Under the pieces are notes generated by a model that was given only the letters and a program-made list of their open reading frames with translations, searched no databases and was not told where the DNA came from. The translations under genes and the position numbers were made by a program. From an uncultured Spirochaetota bacterium (GTDB lineage: Bacteria > Spirochaetota > Brevinematia > Brevinematales > JAOACQ01), in assembly GCA_963768055.1 (NCBI GenBank), contig CAVYGN010000001.1:1344001-1408000 (forward strand): a stretch of 64,000 nt of DNA, given 5' to 3'. Positions within the stretch are counted from its first letter, which is position 1. The number at the start of each line of letters is the position of its first letter. Shown here in pieces: positions 49,560 to 59,336 of the stretch.

Positions 49560-49895
49560 TTATCTGGAGTTCATATGTTTTTTACATTTATCAGCGTAGG
49601 GTATGATTTCAAGCCTTTCTTCCTCGATTTCTTCTCCGCAAACCGTGCATCTGCCGAAGTTATTGTCCTTTATCCTCTGGATCGCCCTTCTTATATCTTC
49701 TATGATTCTTTTTTGAGAACTGGATAGTCCTTCGCTTACAGTAGCGGAACTGAAAGCCTCAGCCCTGTCCACCAGATCGCCGTCTATCTCAAAAGGGTTT
49801 TCTTCCTCGCTCGTTTCGCTTTTTATATTTTCGAGCATTTCATTTTCCATTTTAATAAGCTTCTTCCCGAAATAATCCATCCTGTTCTGATTCAT
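49560..49895 (-). CDS. DksA/TraR family C4 zinc-finger protein
   Basis: DLVDRA tip; FGRCTVCGEEIEEERLEIIPYA..C..H. Confidence 0.88.
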   Translation of the reverse strand: MNQNRMDYFGKKLIKMENEMLENIKSETSEEENPFEIDGDLVDRAEAFSSATVSEGLSSSQKRIIEDIRRAIQRIKDNNFGRCTVCGEEIEEERLEIIPYADKCKKHMNSR

Positions 49896-49910
49896 ACGCT
49901 ACCCCGCTTA

Positions 49911-50153
49911 TTATTTCTCTATTATCTGCACGGATTTGTGACCTTTTCTCTCGAAAAATTTAACGAAACCTTCTTTAGTAGCGAAAATTGTATGGTCTTT
50001 TCCAAGACCTGTATTGAGACCGTTATGAAATTTTGTCCCTCTCTGCCTTACTATGATGTTTCCAGCTTTTACTTGCTCACCGTCATATTTTTTTACTCCC
50101 AGCCTCTTTGAATGGCTCTCTCTTCCGTTTTTCGCTGTACTTGAACCCGCCAT
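49911..50153 (-). CDS. rpmA: 50S ribosomal protein L27
   Basis: [23 protein letters not shown] and [16 protein letters not shown] before ATG 50153. Confidence 0.95.
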   Translation of the reverse strand: MAGSSTAKNGRESHSKRLGVKKYDGEQVKAGNIIVRQRGTKFHNGLNTGLGKDHTIFATKEGFVKFFERKGHKSVQIIEK

Positions 50154-50463
50154 TGCCGTCCTCCATTTCAATTCTGATATTTCCGGGATATTGATTTTCT
50201 ATGGTTTTAAGACTCAAAACCAATGATTTATATAATAGCAGTTCCCCCGGTGAATAATTTCTAATTTTTACCGTTAATTTTCCCGGCATCTCATCTTCTT
50301 CAATATCGGCGCCGCAAAGCTCCTTCTCGCTTAAAAGCCAGCTCTGGATAAGCACTGAAATAGAAGCACAAACAATATCCGACCCTTTTTTATCAAAAAG
50401 GGCATGTCCTCCGGCCTTCACTTCAATATGATTCATGTCATTTTTTAAGATGACGGTAATCAT
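50083..50463 (-). CDS. prp: Ribosomal-processing cysteine protease Prp (DUF464)
   Basis: GHA...GSDIVCAS catalytic motif; located between rplU and rpmA. Confidence 0.88.
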   Translation of the reverse strand: MITVILKNDMNHIEVKAGGHALFDKKGSDIVCASISVLIQSWLLSEKELCGADIEEDEMPGKLTVKIRNYSPGELLLYKSLVLSLKTIENQYPGNIRIEMEDGNGGFKYSEKRKREPFKEAGSKKI

Positions 50464-50469
50464 TTCGTC

Positions 50470-50835
50470 CTATGCCTGGGTTTCTTCGATTTTCTTTTCA
50501 GCTTTAACTTTCTTCTCTTTATCCAAATTGATGCCGGTAATCTGAATCTTAGTATATTGCTGGCGGTGTCCGGTCTTTTTCCTATAGCTCGCTTTTTGCT
50601 TGTATTTAAAAACAATAAGCTTTTCGCCCTTTTTTACCGGCTCGATAACCTTGCCTTCTACATGAATATCTTTTAAGTAGGGTTTTCCTATTAATACATC
50701 ATTATCAGTTCTGTATAGGGTGACAGTATCGAATTTCAGCTTTTCTCCTTCACCGGCCTGAAGTTTATCGACATAAAGCTCGCTTCCGTTTTCTATTTGA
50801 TAAAGCCTTTTACTTATTTCGACTATTGCATACAT
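50470..50835 (-). CDS. rplU: 50S ribosomal protein L21
   Basis: MYAIVE; KGEKLIVFKYK...GHRQQYT. Confidence 0.95.
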   Translation of the reverse strand: MYAIVEISKRLYQIENGSELYVDKLQAGEGEKLKFDTVTLYRTDNDVLIGKPYLKDIHVEGKVIEPVKKGEKLIVFKYKQKASYRKKTGHRQQYTKIQITGINLDKEKKVKAEKKIEETQA

Positions 50836-50989
50836 ATTTATTCTCCTTTTATTCCGCCGGTTTAAATCATGGCATAATTTATATGAATCAAAAATTCAGG
50901 TTATTATGTTAACCCCTTGCAGATGATTTGTCAAATTAAAAATTGGTCTTTTTTTGTCGGGAAGATGGAACTTAGTCTTTATCTTCGCT

Positions 50990-52006
50990 TCACTGAACTA
51001 TCAGGCGGGCTTTTAAATTTCCGTTTTTATATAAAAGCTGAAGAATCTTTACAATATCGTTCCCGGTAAATCCGGTCTGATTTAAACTGTCAACAAGGTC
51101 CTGCACTGTAGCCGTACCTTTTAACAGTTTGACGCTTCCTTCGGTTTTCTGTTGTGAAATATTTCCGTTTTGACTGGAACCTATCTCCAGTTTCATACCT
51201 CCGTAAGAAACAGCCGAATCAGAAAGTATGACATTGCCTCCGGAGATAAGTATCCCGTTTTTAGAGTCGATCAGGACGCTTGGTTCTTCCTCGATATCTG
51301 CGCTAAGTTTGAAAATATCATCGATAAAATTGTTTACTTCAAGGTTCTGCGGTACTTTAACTTTTATCCTGTTAAAAGATATCTCCCTGACGGCATCAGG
51401 ATATTTCTGTTTGATCGCATCGACAGATTTATTAACGGCATTATAGCCGAGCGATTCCTGAACAATAAAGGTAATAACATTATTAGTATCAAGAATAATA
51501 TTATCAATTCGCTTTTGCATAATTGCGCCCAGGGGAACGTATCCCATGATACCCTTAGAGAACCTGTCGGTCATAACACTGCCTTCAGCAATAGCATAGA
51601 TATCATTATCTCCGCCCATAAGAGGCGTAATAATAAGTTCTCCTCCTTCAAGGGATTTGGCGTCGTAAATCGATGAAACTTTTACATCAATCCTCGATCC
51701 CTGTTGTGAAAAAGGAGTGATTGTCGCGCTAACAAGGACGACCGCCGAGTTTTTTGGTTTGATTTTGTCAGAATTTATTTTAAAACCAAAATTGTTGGCA
51801 ATTCTCGATATGATCTCTTTTGTCTGTGTCCCGCTGTCGCTGTCGCCGGTACCTTTTAAACCGACAACGACGCCATAGCCCAGTAAAGGGTTTTCCTGAA
51901 ATCCTTCAATTCTCAATATATTTCTCAGATTAACAGTCGATGCGCGCAAAGTACCTGCAATGCTGAACAGGGAAACAACCATTATAAAAGAATAAAATAT
52001 TTTCAC
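50990..52006 (-). CDS. flgI: Flagellar P-ring protein FlgI
   Basis: N.LLGYGVVVGLKGTGD, DVKVSSIYDAKSLEGG and GNLKARLIV. Confidence 0.85.
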   Translation of the reverse strand: MKIFYSFIMVVSLFSIAGTLRASTVNLRNILRIEGFQENPLLGYGVVVGLKGTGDSDSGTQTKEIISRIANNFGFKINSDKIKPKNSAVVLVSATITPFSQQGSRIDVKVSSIYDAKSLEGGELIITPLMGGDNDIYAIAEGSVMTDRFSKGIMGYVPLGAIMQKRIDNIILDTNNVITFIVQESLGYNAVNKSVDAIKQKYPDAVREISFNRIKVKVPQNLEVNNFIDDIFKLSADIEEEPSVLIDSKNGILISGGNVILSDSAVSYGGMKLEIGSSQNGNISQQKTEGSVKLLKGTATVQDLVDSLNQTGFTGNDIVKILQLLYKNGNLKARLIVQ

Positions 52007-52725
52007 AGCGGCTCCTTTATTTTGACCTTGAATACTCTCCCGCTCCTATTATTTTCGACAAGACATGTACTGTCCTCAAGTTTTCTGATTATTCTTACTT
52101 TCATTTTAATCGATATATTCCCTTTACTGAATACAAGGTCCGCATTCCCCATGTCTAAATTTTCTATATACTGTGAATCATTTTTTTCTGTATTATTTTC
52201 CGGCAGCTTTGCAGGTTCCGGATCGGAGGGCCTTTCCAGTCCGATATCAAAAACCTCGTTTGTTGCAAATCCGGTATCTCCTCTGAAAAACACATAATCT
52301 ATAATAAGTGTCAATATATTTGAAGATACTTCATTCGATATTTTCAGGACCTTAAATTTCTCCGGCAGGTCAAATTTCTTGAAGAATTTTACAACAAATT
52401 GCCCCTTTAAGGCACCCGAAATATATTGATTAATCTCGTCAACGGATGATAAGGTATCAAGCCTGATAACATAAGTTCCTGCGCCTATCAATACCAAATC
52501 ACCAGCCCCTCCCCTGTCCATCAGGCCATGGATCTCGGCATTCGAAAAAAAACAGTTTGTCAGCACCGATACAGAACCCTTTGCATCTGTTTCCCTTCCT
52601 ACAAGATCGTTTATAGTAATCGAATCCTTTCTTGTATAAACATAATCCTTTAAAATAATCTGGTTTATTTCTCCGGAAATGAATGAAGTAAATAAAAAAA
52701 TCGGTAAAATAAATATCTTGCGCAT
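52003..52725 (-). CDS. Secreted hypothetical protein, possibly a divergent FlgA (P-ring chaperone)
   Basis: Signal peptide; overlaps the flgI start; C-terminal VENNRSGRVF resembles the FlgA V.N..S.K pattern. Confidence 0.4.
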   Translation of the reverse strand: MRKIFILPIFLFTSFISGEINQIILKDYVYTRKDSITINDLVGRETDAKGSVSVLTNCFFSNAEIHGLMDRGGAGDLVLIGAGTYVIRLDTLSSVDEINQYISGALKGQFVVKFFKKFDLPEKFKVLKISNEVSSNILTLIIDYVFFRGDTGFATNEVFDIGLERPSDPEPAKLPENNTEKNDSQYIENLDMGNADLVFSKGNISIKMKVRIIRKLEDSTCLVENNRSGRVFKVKIKEPL

Positions 52726-52753
52726 AGATTCTCCCTAAAGTGTATTATTATAA

Positions 52754-52960
52754 GGGCGGTTCCAAAAACTAGATTTTTAAAAAATAATTGTAATAATGAA
52801 TCTAATAATTCCGCCCAATGGGCCCTGGTGCCTGGACTGGCGCCAGTCCCCAGGACAGGTGCATTTATACTTGCGTATAAACGCAAGCACTACCTTGCTG
52901 CCCCAAAGGGCCGTAGCAAAGCGAAGGTCCCCGTAAGGGGGGCAGTTATTAGAAGCGCCC
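52754..52960. mobile_element. 207-bp structured MITE-like element, ATAA target duplication
   Basis: ATAA|GGGCGGTTCCAA...TTAGAAGCGCCC|ATAA; internal hairpins; partial copy at 46.1 kb. Confidence 0.75.
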
Positions 52961-53016
52961 ATAAATAAATATCGGAATATGTTTATATATTTAAAGGAAT
53001 ATTTGCACAATTATAA

Positions 53017-53031
53017 TGCACATTATGTGCA
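53017..53031. promoter_or_regulatory. NtrC-type enhancer (UAS) palindrome
   Basis: TGCAC-ATTAT-GTGCA about 120 bp upstream of the predicted sigma54 start; extra TGCAC half-site at 53004. Confidence 0.6.
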
Positions 53032-53119
53032 TAATGAACTGTACACATTATCGAGCAAATATATTTTTAATGCTTTATTTCGTTATATTAAAAATAGTTA
53101 ATTAATTATTCTTTTATTA

Positions 53120-53135
53120 TGGCACATTAATTGCA
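53120..53135 (+). promoter_or_regulatory. sigma54 (RpoN) -24/-12 promoter
   Basis: TGGCAC-ATTAA-TTGCA, an exact match to TGGCAC-N5-TTGCW. Confidence 0.8.
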
Positions 53136-53145
53136 TAGTAATGTA

Positions 53146-53215
53146 AAAGCCCCCTTAAAATACATTTTTTTGAAACCCTCTCCAACCCCCGGAGGGGGTT
53201 TCTCTATTTAGGGGC
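53146..53215 (+). ncRNA. Candidate sigma54-dependent small RNA with C-rich loop
   Basis: No + strand ORF downstream; 12-bp stem GAAACCCTCTCC/GGAGGGGGTTTC with loop AACCCCC, followed by TCTATTT. Confidence 0.55.
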
Positions 53216-53263
53216 CGGCCAGATCTGCATATTGTCTTATATTCGGCGGGAAAAGTAGAGGGG

Positions 53264-53860
53264 TTATATCTTTAAAAAAAGATATAAATAATATGAAAAA
53301 TTCCTGCTCTCCGAGTGGCTGATCAAAAGATTGTAAGATACGCCTTTTTTCTCAATAAGCATAAAATCGCCGACCGTTTTGATCTCGAAATGATTGAGAA
53401 CCTCTGTAAAAATTTTCCCTTCAATGTCTCTTTCAATTAATTCTAGGGCTTTCCTGTTGGCAAAAATAGTTTTTTTAAAATGATTTGTTATAACCAGAGG
53501 GTGTTCCAAATCCTCGATTACTCCAAGAATTTTAAAATGCGGCATGTATTCGTCGAAAAAAAAATGGCATTGAAATTCTTCAAAAGAAATGATCCTCAAG
53601 AGGCTTCCCGCCTTATCAATTACAGGAACCTGAAGATTTTTGTTTGAATTATTCCTGAACAGAGTTTGAGATAGCTGGGAAACTTTTATCATACTTATGT
53701 TCTCATAGAGAGAAAAACTTTCCTCCATTATTCCGATTTCAATGTCCCTCTTCAGGACGACGCCGAGGTAGTCATTGTCCTCGAAAACAATGATTCCATG
53801 GGCCGCAGGAGCATGAAAAAATAATTTCATCAGGCTCTTTGCCATTTCGATTTCCATCAT
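53264..53860 (-). CDS. Hypothetical protein (CBS-like N-terminus, PAS-like C-terminus)
   Basis: YLGVVLKRDI and VPVIDKAG..LRIIS; PLVITN....IFANRKA. Confidence 0.5.
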   Translation of the reverse strand: MMEIEMAKSLMKLFFHAPAAHGIIVFEDNDYLGVVLKRDIEIGIMEESFSLYENISMIKVSQLSQTLFRNNSNKNLQVPVIDKAGSLLRIISFEEFQCHFFFDEYMPHFKILGVIEDLEHPLVITNHFKKTIFANRKALELIERDIEGKIFTEVLNHFEIKTVGDFMLIEKKGVSYNLLISHSESRNFSYYLYLFLKI

Positions 53861-53869
53861 AATTCCCGA

Positions 53870-54793
53870 TCATTTTTCATTGCTGAAATCCAGTATTTTC
53901 TCCAGGTCAGGAGCATCGATAAATATCAGTTCATTTTTACCAGGGATATAACCCGGCCAGCTTCCGCCGGAAAGTTTATCCCCTATCATAAGATTATCTG
54001 ATGTATGGAATGCTCCGGCGATTTTGATATTAAATAAGGGCCTCAGCAAGGCGTATCTGCCGAGAACCTTGCTATTCACGGGACCGTCATAAAAAGAACC
54101 GGCTCGCAGGGCATATAAAGACAAGAGCTTATCTTTTAAAATTTTCAAACCCCCATTTCCGCTTAGCCAGGGTTTTGAACCCCTTTTAATTATCTCAATA
54201 GAAACAATGTCCTGAAAAGGAACGGTAAAAATATCCCTGCCCCTGAAATCGCTGCCGGGCCTCTCCAGGTTTTTCAACTTATAGTTATAAACGAGGTAAA
54301 CAGTTCCCGGACTGCTATCAATTGAGGCATAGGACATACTGCCGACGGTGGTCCCTGAACCCACATCAAGTTCCCTTAAGCTTGAATCCGATAGTTTTAC
54401 TTTAAGAACGAGGACCGGATTGTCAAGCCCGTATTCATGCAGTTTTTCTTTATCTATATTCGTGATAAAACTTTCGCTTACCAGCCCCTGAAGATCATTT
54501 AAAACAACCCTGACAGCCTCATCGTCCGCTTCTACGGCCGCTGGTTTTATCAATACAAAACGGTTGGAAATGAGTTCGAGTTCTATAAGGGAAGTATTCG
54601 TCCCGCTTCTGTAGAAAATCGATAATGATACTACATCCTCCCTGACCAGCCCTGCGAAGAGACTCACCCTTCCCGACTTTTCATTTTTTTTTTCCCTGGG
54701 CAGGACATTGAAAAAATAGTATGACGCAGCGAATGCCAGTATCAATACCAGGGCAGCAGTATTAAAGAGGGATCGTTCAACGCTTCTTTTCAT
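53870..54793 (-). CDS. DUF4340 domain membrane-anchored protein
   Basis: N-terminal TM; repeated L.EYGLDNP...L.VG and Y.L.RP patterns. Confidence 0.7.
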   Translation of the reverse strand: MKRSVERSLFNTAALVLILAFAASYYFFNVLPREKKNEKSGRVSLFAGLVREDVVSLSIFYRSGTNTSLIELELISNRFVLIKPAAVEADDEAVRVVLNDLQGLVSESFITNIDKEKLHEYGLDNPVLVLKVKLSDSSLRELDVGSGTTVGSMSYASIDSSPGTVYLVYNYKLKNLERPGSDFRGRDIFTVPFQDIVSIEIIKRGSKPWLSGNGGLKILKDKLLSLYALRAGSFYDGPVNSKVLGRYALLRPLFNIKIAGAFHTSDNLMIGDKLSGGSWPGYIPGKNELIFIDAPDLEKILDFSNEK

Positions 54794-54847
54794 ATGAAAG
54801 ATTTTATCATAGAAAGCCGAAAAATGGAAAATAGTACTCTAAAGGTA

Positions 54848-54940
54848 TCTGCTAAGCCACGCGAATGAGAAGGGAGAATAGAAGTTAAGAATAATGAATC
54901 AGAGCCTTTAATTGATTGGACTTAGCGTGACTTCGCGGAA
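54848..54940. repeat. REP-like imperfect inverted repeat (family B, copy 1)
   Basis: TCTGCTAAGCCACGCGAA...CTTAGCGTGACTTCGCGGAA; homologue at 62119-62168. Confidence 0.55.
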
Positions 54941-55026
54941 GATCGATAAGCAAATATTATAAAAATGGAAATTTCAGTGTTTTCCCTATATAATTTCCCC
55001 TACTTTATTTAATTTAAGGATCTGGT

Positions 55027-57102
55027 ATGGCTGAAAGCGTTTTATTAGAGATCGGCGTCGAGGAAATTCCCCATGAAATAATCAGCTCAGCAATGGAACA
55101 ATTAAAAGCTAAGAGTATTGAAAAATTTGAAAAAGAGGGTGTGATTTACAGGGAATTATCCGTTTACGGGACACCCAGGCGCCTTTCTTTAATTATAAGC
55201 GGGGTGGAAGAAAAAACACCTGAAGCAATATCCGAAAAAAAAGGGCCTTCAGTAAAAGCATCTTTTGATGAGGCCGGAAAGCCCACAAAAGCGCTGCTTG
55301 GTTTTCTGGGATCCTTTAAAGCCCGTCTTGATGATATTGAAAAGAAAGAAATATCCGGAAGTATCTATGTGACCCTTAAAATTAAAGAGGGCGGCCTCGA
55401 AACACTTTCGATTTTTCCCGAAATTCTAAAGAGTATAATACTTTCTCTTACCTTCCCTAAGTCAATGAAATGGGGAAGCGGGGAAGGGGGACTGCGTTTC
55501 GTCAGGCCGGTAAGGTGGATCCTGGCCCTTTACGGAGATGAAATAATAAAATTTTCAATTAACGGCATCGAGAGCTGCAATGTCACCTACGGCCATAGGT
55601 TCCTTACTAACGGTAAAGGCTTTAATATAAAACATCCCGATAAATATATCGGGCAGTTAAGGGATAAATTTGTTATTGTTGATGTGAATGAAAGAAAATC
55701 CAGGATAATGGAACAGGTTGAAAATGAATCCGGCAAACTAAAAGCAAAACCAGTACTCGACGATGAACTGCTTGATACCCTTGTCCAGCTTACAGAATAC
55801 CCATACTCTGCCGCAGGCGAGTTCGAAGAGGAATTTCTTAAACTTCCTAAAGAGGTTCTCATTTCTGAAATGATAGATCATCAAAAATATATCCCGCTTT
55901 TAAACAAGGAAAATGACCTCATTAATAAGTTCCTGATTACTACGAATATGCCGGTTTCCGGAATTATAATTCATGGAAATGAAAGGGTCATCAAAGCACG
56001 TTTCTCCGACGGAAAATTCTTCTTCGACGAGGACAGGAAAATACGGCTGGATGAATATCTTCCAAGGCTCGCTGAAGTTTTATTTGGAAAAGGGCTCGGC
56101 ACACTCTCCGAAAAGACTGATAGGCTCCAATCTATAACCTCAGAACTTTCAAATATGATAGGCTACGGGAATTATCTTGAAAACGCTCTTAGAACAGCCC
56201 TTCTCTGCAAAGCGGACCTTGTGACAAGCATGGTTTATGAATTTCCCGAATTACAGGGTATTATAGGTTATTATTACGCCCTTGCTTCGATGGAAAACAT
56301 CGATACCGCGATTTCTATAAAGGAACATTACTTGCCGAAATTCAGCGGCGACAGCCTGCCGTCACTGCCGGAGGGGATCCTGGTATCCCTGGCCGACCGT
56401 ATAGACAACCTTTTCGCATTATACTCGAGGGGTAATTTTGTCAGCGGCTCAAAAGACCCTTATGGTCTCCGCCGGCAGACTCTCGGCATTATAAGGATAT
56501 TGATTGAAAAAAAATTACACCTTGAAATAGGTGTCCTGTTTAAAAAATTACTGCCTCTATACGAGGGTTTCCTCACAATCAAAAAAGATGAATTTTCAGA
56601 AAAAATCAACGATTTTCTTACGAGCCGGGTTAAAACGGTCTTAAAAGAATATGGCTTTTCCTATGATGAAATCGAGGCGGGCATCAGCGGCTATGTTTCC
56701 GACTTATACGACGCTTACAAGAGACTCGAGGCGATCCATAGCGCCAGGAAATCGGATAATTTTATCAATCTTGCGATCGCCTTCAAAAGGGTTAAAAATA
56801 TTATAAAAGGCCATAAAGCCGGCGATTTAAATAATGGCCTTCTTAAGGAGGAGGCTGAAAAGGAACTTCATTCGATTCTTGTACAAAGCCGGAAAACCTT
56901 CCTTGAAACCCTTTCAAAGGGCGATTATCCGCAGTGCATATCGATCCTGACCTCTTTCAGGCCGGCGGTTGACAGGTTTTTCGATAAGGTACTTGTCATG
57001 GATAAAGATAAAGACTTGCAGAATAACAGGATAGCCTTGCTATCGCAAATCGACGAATTGTTCATGAAGATCATTGACTTTGAAAAGATCGTTGTTGAAT
57101 AA
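55027..57102 (+). CDS. glyS: Glycine-tRNA ligase beta subunit
   Basis: LLEIGVEEIP, TPRRL, KADLVTSMVYEFPELQG, GSKDPYGLRR and FFDKVLVM. Confidence 0.96.
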   Translation: MAESVLLEIGVEEIPHEIISSAMEQLKAKSIEKFEKEGVIYRELSVYGTPRRLSLIISGVEEKTPEAISEKKGPSVKASFDEAGKPTKALLGFLGSFKARLDDIEKKEISGSIYVTLKIKEGGLETLSIFPEILKSIILSLTFPKSMKWGSGEGGLRFVRPVRWILALYGDEIIKFSINGIESCNVTYGHRFLTNGKGFNIKHPDKYIGQLRDKFVIVDVNERKSRIMEQVENESGKLKAKPVLDDELLDTLVQLTEYPYSAAGEFEEEFLKLPKEVLISEMIDHQKYIPLLNKENDLINKFLITTNMPVSGIIIHGNERVIKARFSDGKFFFDEDRKIRLDEYLPRLAEVLFGKGLGTLSEKTDRLQSITSELSNMIGYGNYLENALRTALLCKADLVTSMVYEFPELQGIIGYYYALASMENIDTAISIKEHYLPKFSGDSLPSLPEGILVSLADRIDNLFALYSRGNFVSGSKDPYGLRRQTLGIIRILIEKKLHLEIGVLFKKLLPLYEGFLTIKKDEFSEKINDFLTSRVKTVLKEYGFSYDEIEAGISGYVSDLYDAYKRLEAIHSARKSDNFINLAIAFKRVKNIIKGHKAGDLNNGLLKEEAEKELHSILVQSRKTFLETLSKGDYPQCISILTSFRPAVDRFFDKVLVMDKDKDLQNNRIALLSQIDELFMKIIDFEKIVVE

Positions 57103-57232
57103 ACTGTTCATCCCGTATACTGTCCCGGCCCCTTTCTACGCCCCTTATCTTTAGAAATGAAAAGAGAAAACGGCGATGATTTTATTTTTTCATGATTTAA
57201 GATTATAATATTTACGTCCGGAGGAAACACAA

Positions 57233-57880
57233 ATGGACGTAATCATAATTATTGCGGTAGGCGCCGCTTCTTACCTTCTGGGTTCAATCCCTTTCGGCCT
57301 TATATATTCCCTGGCGAGGGGGGTGGATATCAGGAAGGTCGGATCCAAAAATATAGGGGCTACTAATGTAAGCAGGCAATTCGGCTTCGCGCTCGGCTTT
57401 GTCCCGGTTTTTCTGCTGGACCTTGCTAAGGGCGCTGTTCCGGTTTATCTTGCGGGATCGCTTTTTCATACCGGGATCGGCCGGGATGGCATTATAGTCA
57501 TCGCAGGCATTATGGCTCTTATCGGGCATATATTTCCTGTTTATATCGGCTTCAAGGGAGGAAAGGGAGTGGCTACCGCCCTGGGCGTTTTCATCCTCAT
57601 AGCGCCTTATGAAGCGGCTATATGTGCCGGTGTTTTTTTAATAGTGCTTTTCCTGATGCGTCTGCTTACGATTTCTGCCGAACCGGGGCCGTTTTTTAAA
57701 GGCCTCCAAAAGAGATTGGGCCTTGCATCAAGTTCTGCCGCAGTTGCTTTTCCGATAACAACCGTACTTCTCGAACCATCCCGCACAATTATAGTCGTTA
57801 TTTCTATAATCGTGGCGCTTCTTCTTATCTTTCAGCATCGTTCGAACCTCATTAAAATCCTTAAAGGAGATCATTCGTAA
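57233..57880 (+). CDS. plsY: Glycerol-3-phosphate acyltransferase PlsY
   Basis: YLLGSIP, GSKNIGATN, GHIFP..FKGGKGVAT and HRSN. Confidence 0.95.
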   Translation: MDVIIIIAVGAASYLLGSIPFGLIYSLARGVDIRKVGSKNIGATNVSRQFGFALGFVPVFLLDLAKGAVPVYLAGSLFHTGIGRDGIIVIAGIMALIGHIFPVYIGFKGGKGVATALGVFILIAPYEAAICAGVFLIVLFLMRLLTISAEPGPFFKGLQKRLGLASSSAAVAFPITTVLLEPSRTIIVVISIIVALLLIFQHRSNLIKILKGDHS

Positions 57881-57881
57881 A

Positions 57882-59336
57882 ATGAATAATGAAATTACAA
57901 AACTCAACCTGAAAGAGTTGTCCGGCGCCTTATCATCGAAAAGGCTTTCGTCGGTGGAAATAACGAAAGAATATTTAAAGGCAATTGAAGAAGATGCCGG
58001 GCATAATAAACCTTTAAACCCTTATATCCGTGTTCTCGCCGATTTCGCTCTAGAATCGGCGAAAAAAGCCGACAAAAGAATAGCCGAAGGTTCGCATTCA
58101 GAGCTCACAGGCATTCCCATCGCAATCAAGGATAATATGAATATCAAAGGCTTCCCGACAACCTGCGCATCGAAGATCCTTAAAGGATACATAGCCAGCT
58201 ACAACTCGACGGTAATTGATAAGCTCGTAACAGAGAACGGTATGGTAGTTCTTGGAAAAACAAATATGGACGAGTTTGCAATGGGGTCCTCAACTGAAAC
58301 TTCATATTACGGCATCACCCGTAACCCCTGCGACAGGGACAGGATCCCCGGAGGATCTTCAGGCGGCTCCGCTGCCGCTGTAGCCGGTTTTCTTGCGCCT
58401 GCAGCGCTGGGAAGCGATACGGGAGGATCTATCCGCCAGCCTGCCTGCCTTTGCGGCGTTGTAGGGCTTAAACCGACATATGGACTTGTATCGAGATACG
58501 GACTCGTTGCTTTCGCATCTTCACTCGACCAGATCGGGCCGATCACACGCACTGTGGAAGATTCCGCGGCCCTGCTGGGCCGGCTGGCATGCCATGATGA
58601 GAAAGACTCGACCAGTCTCGAACTCCCCGTTCATGATTATCACCCGAGGCCTGAAGTAAGCGGACTCAAAATCGGTATACCGAAAGAGTTTTTTATTAGC
58701 GGATTGGAAGCCGAGGTTGCCGATAATGTAAAAAAAACCTGTCTCGAACTTGAAAAGCTCGGGGCTGAAATCGTTGAAATCAGCCTTCCTCATTCCGATT
58801 ACGCGGTACCGACATATTATATCGTTGCCACTGCCGAAGCCAGCTCGAACCTGGAACGCTACGACGGCATTAAATATGGACTCCGAGCCGATTCAAGCAG
58901 CCTCTCTGAGCTGTATAGGAAAACCAGGAGCATGGGTTTTGGCGAAGAGGTTAAAAGAAGGATAATGCTCGGTACTTATGTTTTATCGGCGGGTTATTAT
59001 GACGCTTATTATTTGAAGGCCCTGAAAGTCCGTTCCCTTATACGGGAGGATTTTGAAAAAGCCTTTACAAAAGTAGATTACATACTGGGCCCAACCTCAC
59101 CCACACCCGCTTTCAAGATCGGTGAGAAGATAAACGATCCTATCTCTATGTATTTATCCGATATTTATACAATTTCACTTAATCTGGCTGGACTGCCCGG
59201 CATTTCAGTTCCGAGCGGCCTGACAAAAAACGGTTTGCCGCTGGGCGTTCAGGTGATCGGAAAGCTCCTGGATGAAAAGGGAATCCTGAATGTCGCTTCA
59301 GCAATAGAATTAACGGTAAAAGGGGATAATAAATGA
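57882..59336 (+). CDS. gatA: Asp/Glu-tRNA amidotransferase subunit A
   Basis: [31 protein letters not shown] and [19 protein letters not shown]. Confidence 0.96.
   Translation: MNNEITKLNLKELSGALSSKRLSSVEITKEYLKAIEEDAGHNKPLNPYIRVLADFALESAKKADKRIAEGSHSELTGIPIAIKDNMNIKGFPTTCASKILKGYIASYNSTVIDKLVTENGMVVLGKTNMDEFAMGSSTETSYYGITRNPCDRDRIPGGSSGGSAAAVAGFLAPAALGSDTGGSIRQPACLCGVVGLKPTYGLVSRYGLVAFASSLDQIGPITRTVEDSAALLGRLACHDEKDSTSLELPVHDYHPRPEVSGLKIGIPKEFFISGLEAEVADNVKKTCLELEKLGAEIVEISLPHSDYAVPTYYIVATAEASSNLERYDGIKYGLRADSSSLSELYRKTRSMGFGEEVKRRIMLGTYVLSAGYYDAYYLKALKVRSLIREDFEKAFTKVDYILGPTSPTPAFKIGEKINDPISMYLSDIYTISLNLAGLPGISVPSGLTKNGLPLGVQVIGKLLDEKGILNVASAIELTVKGDNK

Noticed and set aside
50869..50886. 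Possible sigma54 site TGGCAT near rplU
   Set aside because: No TTGC at the -12 position.
52665..53010. ORFs 52665-52886 and 52777-53010, and the 31-aa N-terminal extension of RuvB (46042-46134)
   Set aside because: They are translations of the MITE-like repeat. RuvB has a proper RBS at the downstream ATG.
55027..59336. glyS without glyQ, gatA without gatB/gatC, and ruvA separated from ruvB, read as gene loss
   Set aside because: Split operons are common, and the partners may lie outside the window. This cannot be judged here.
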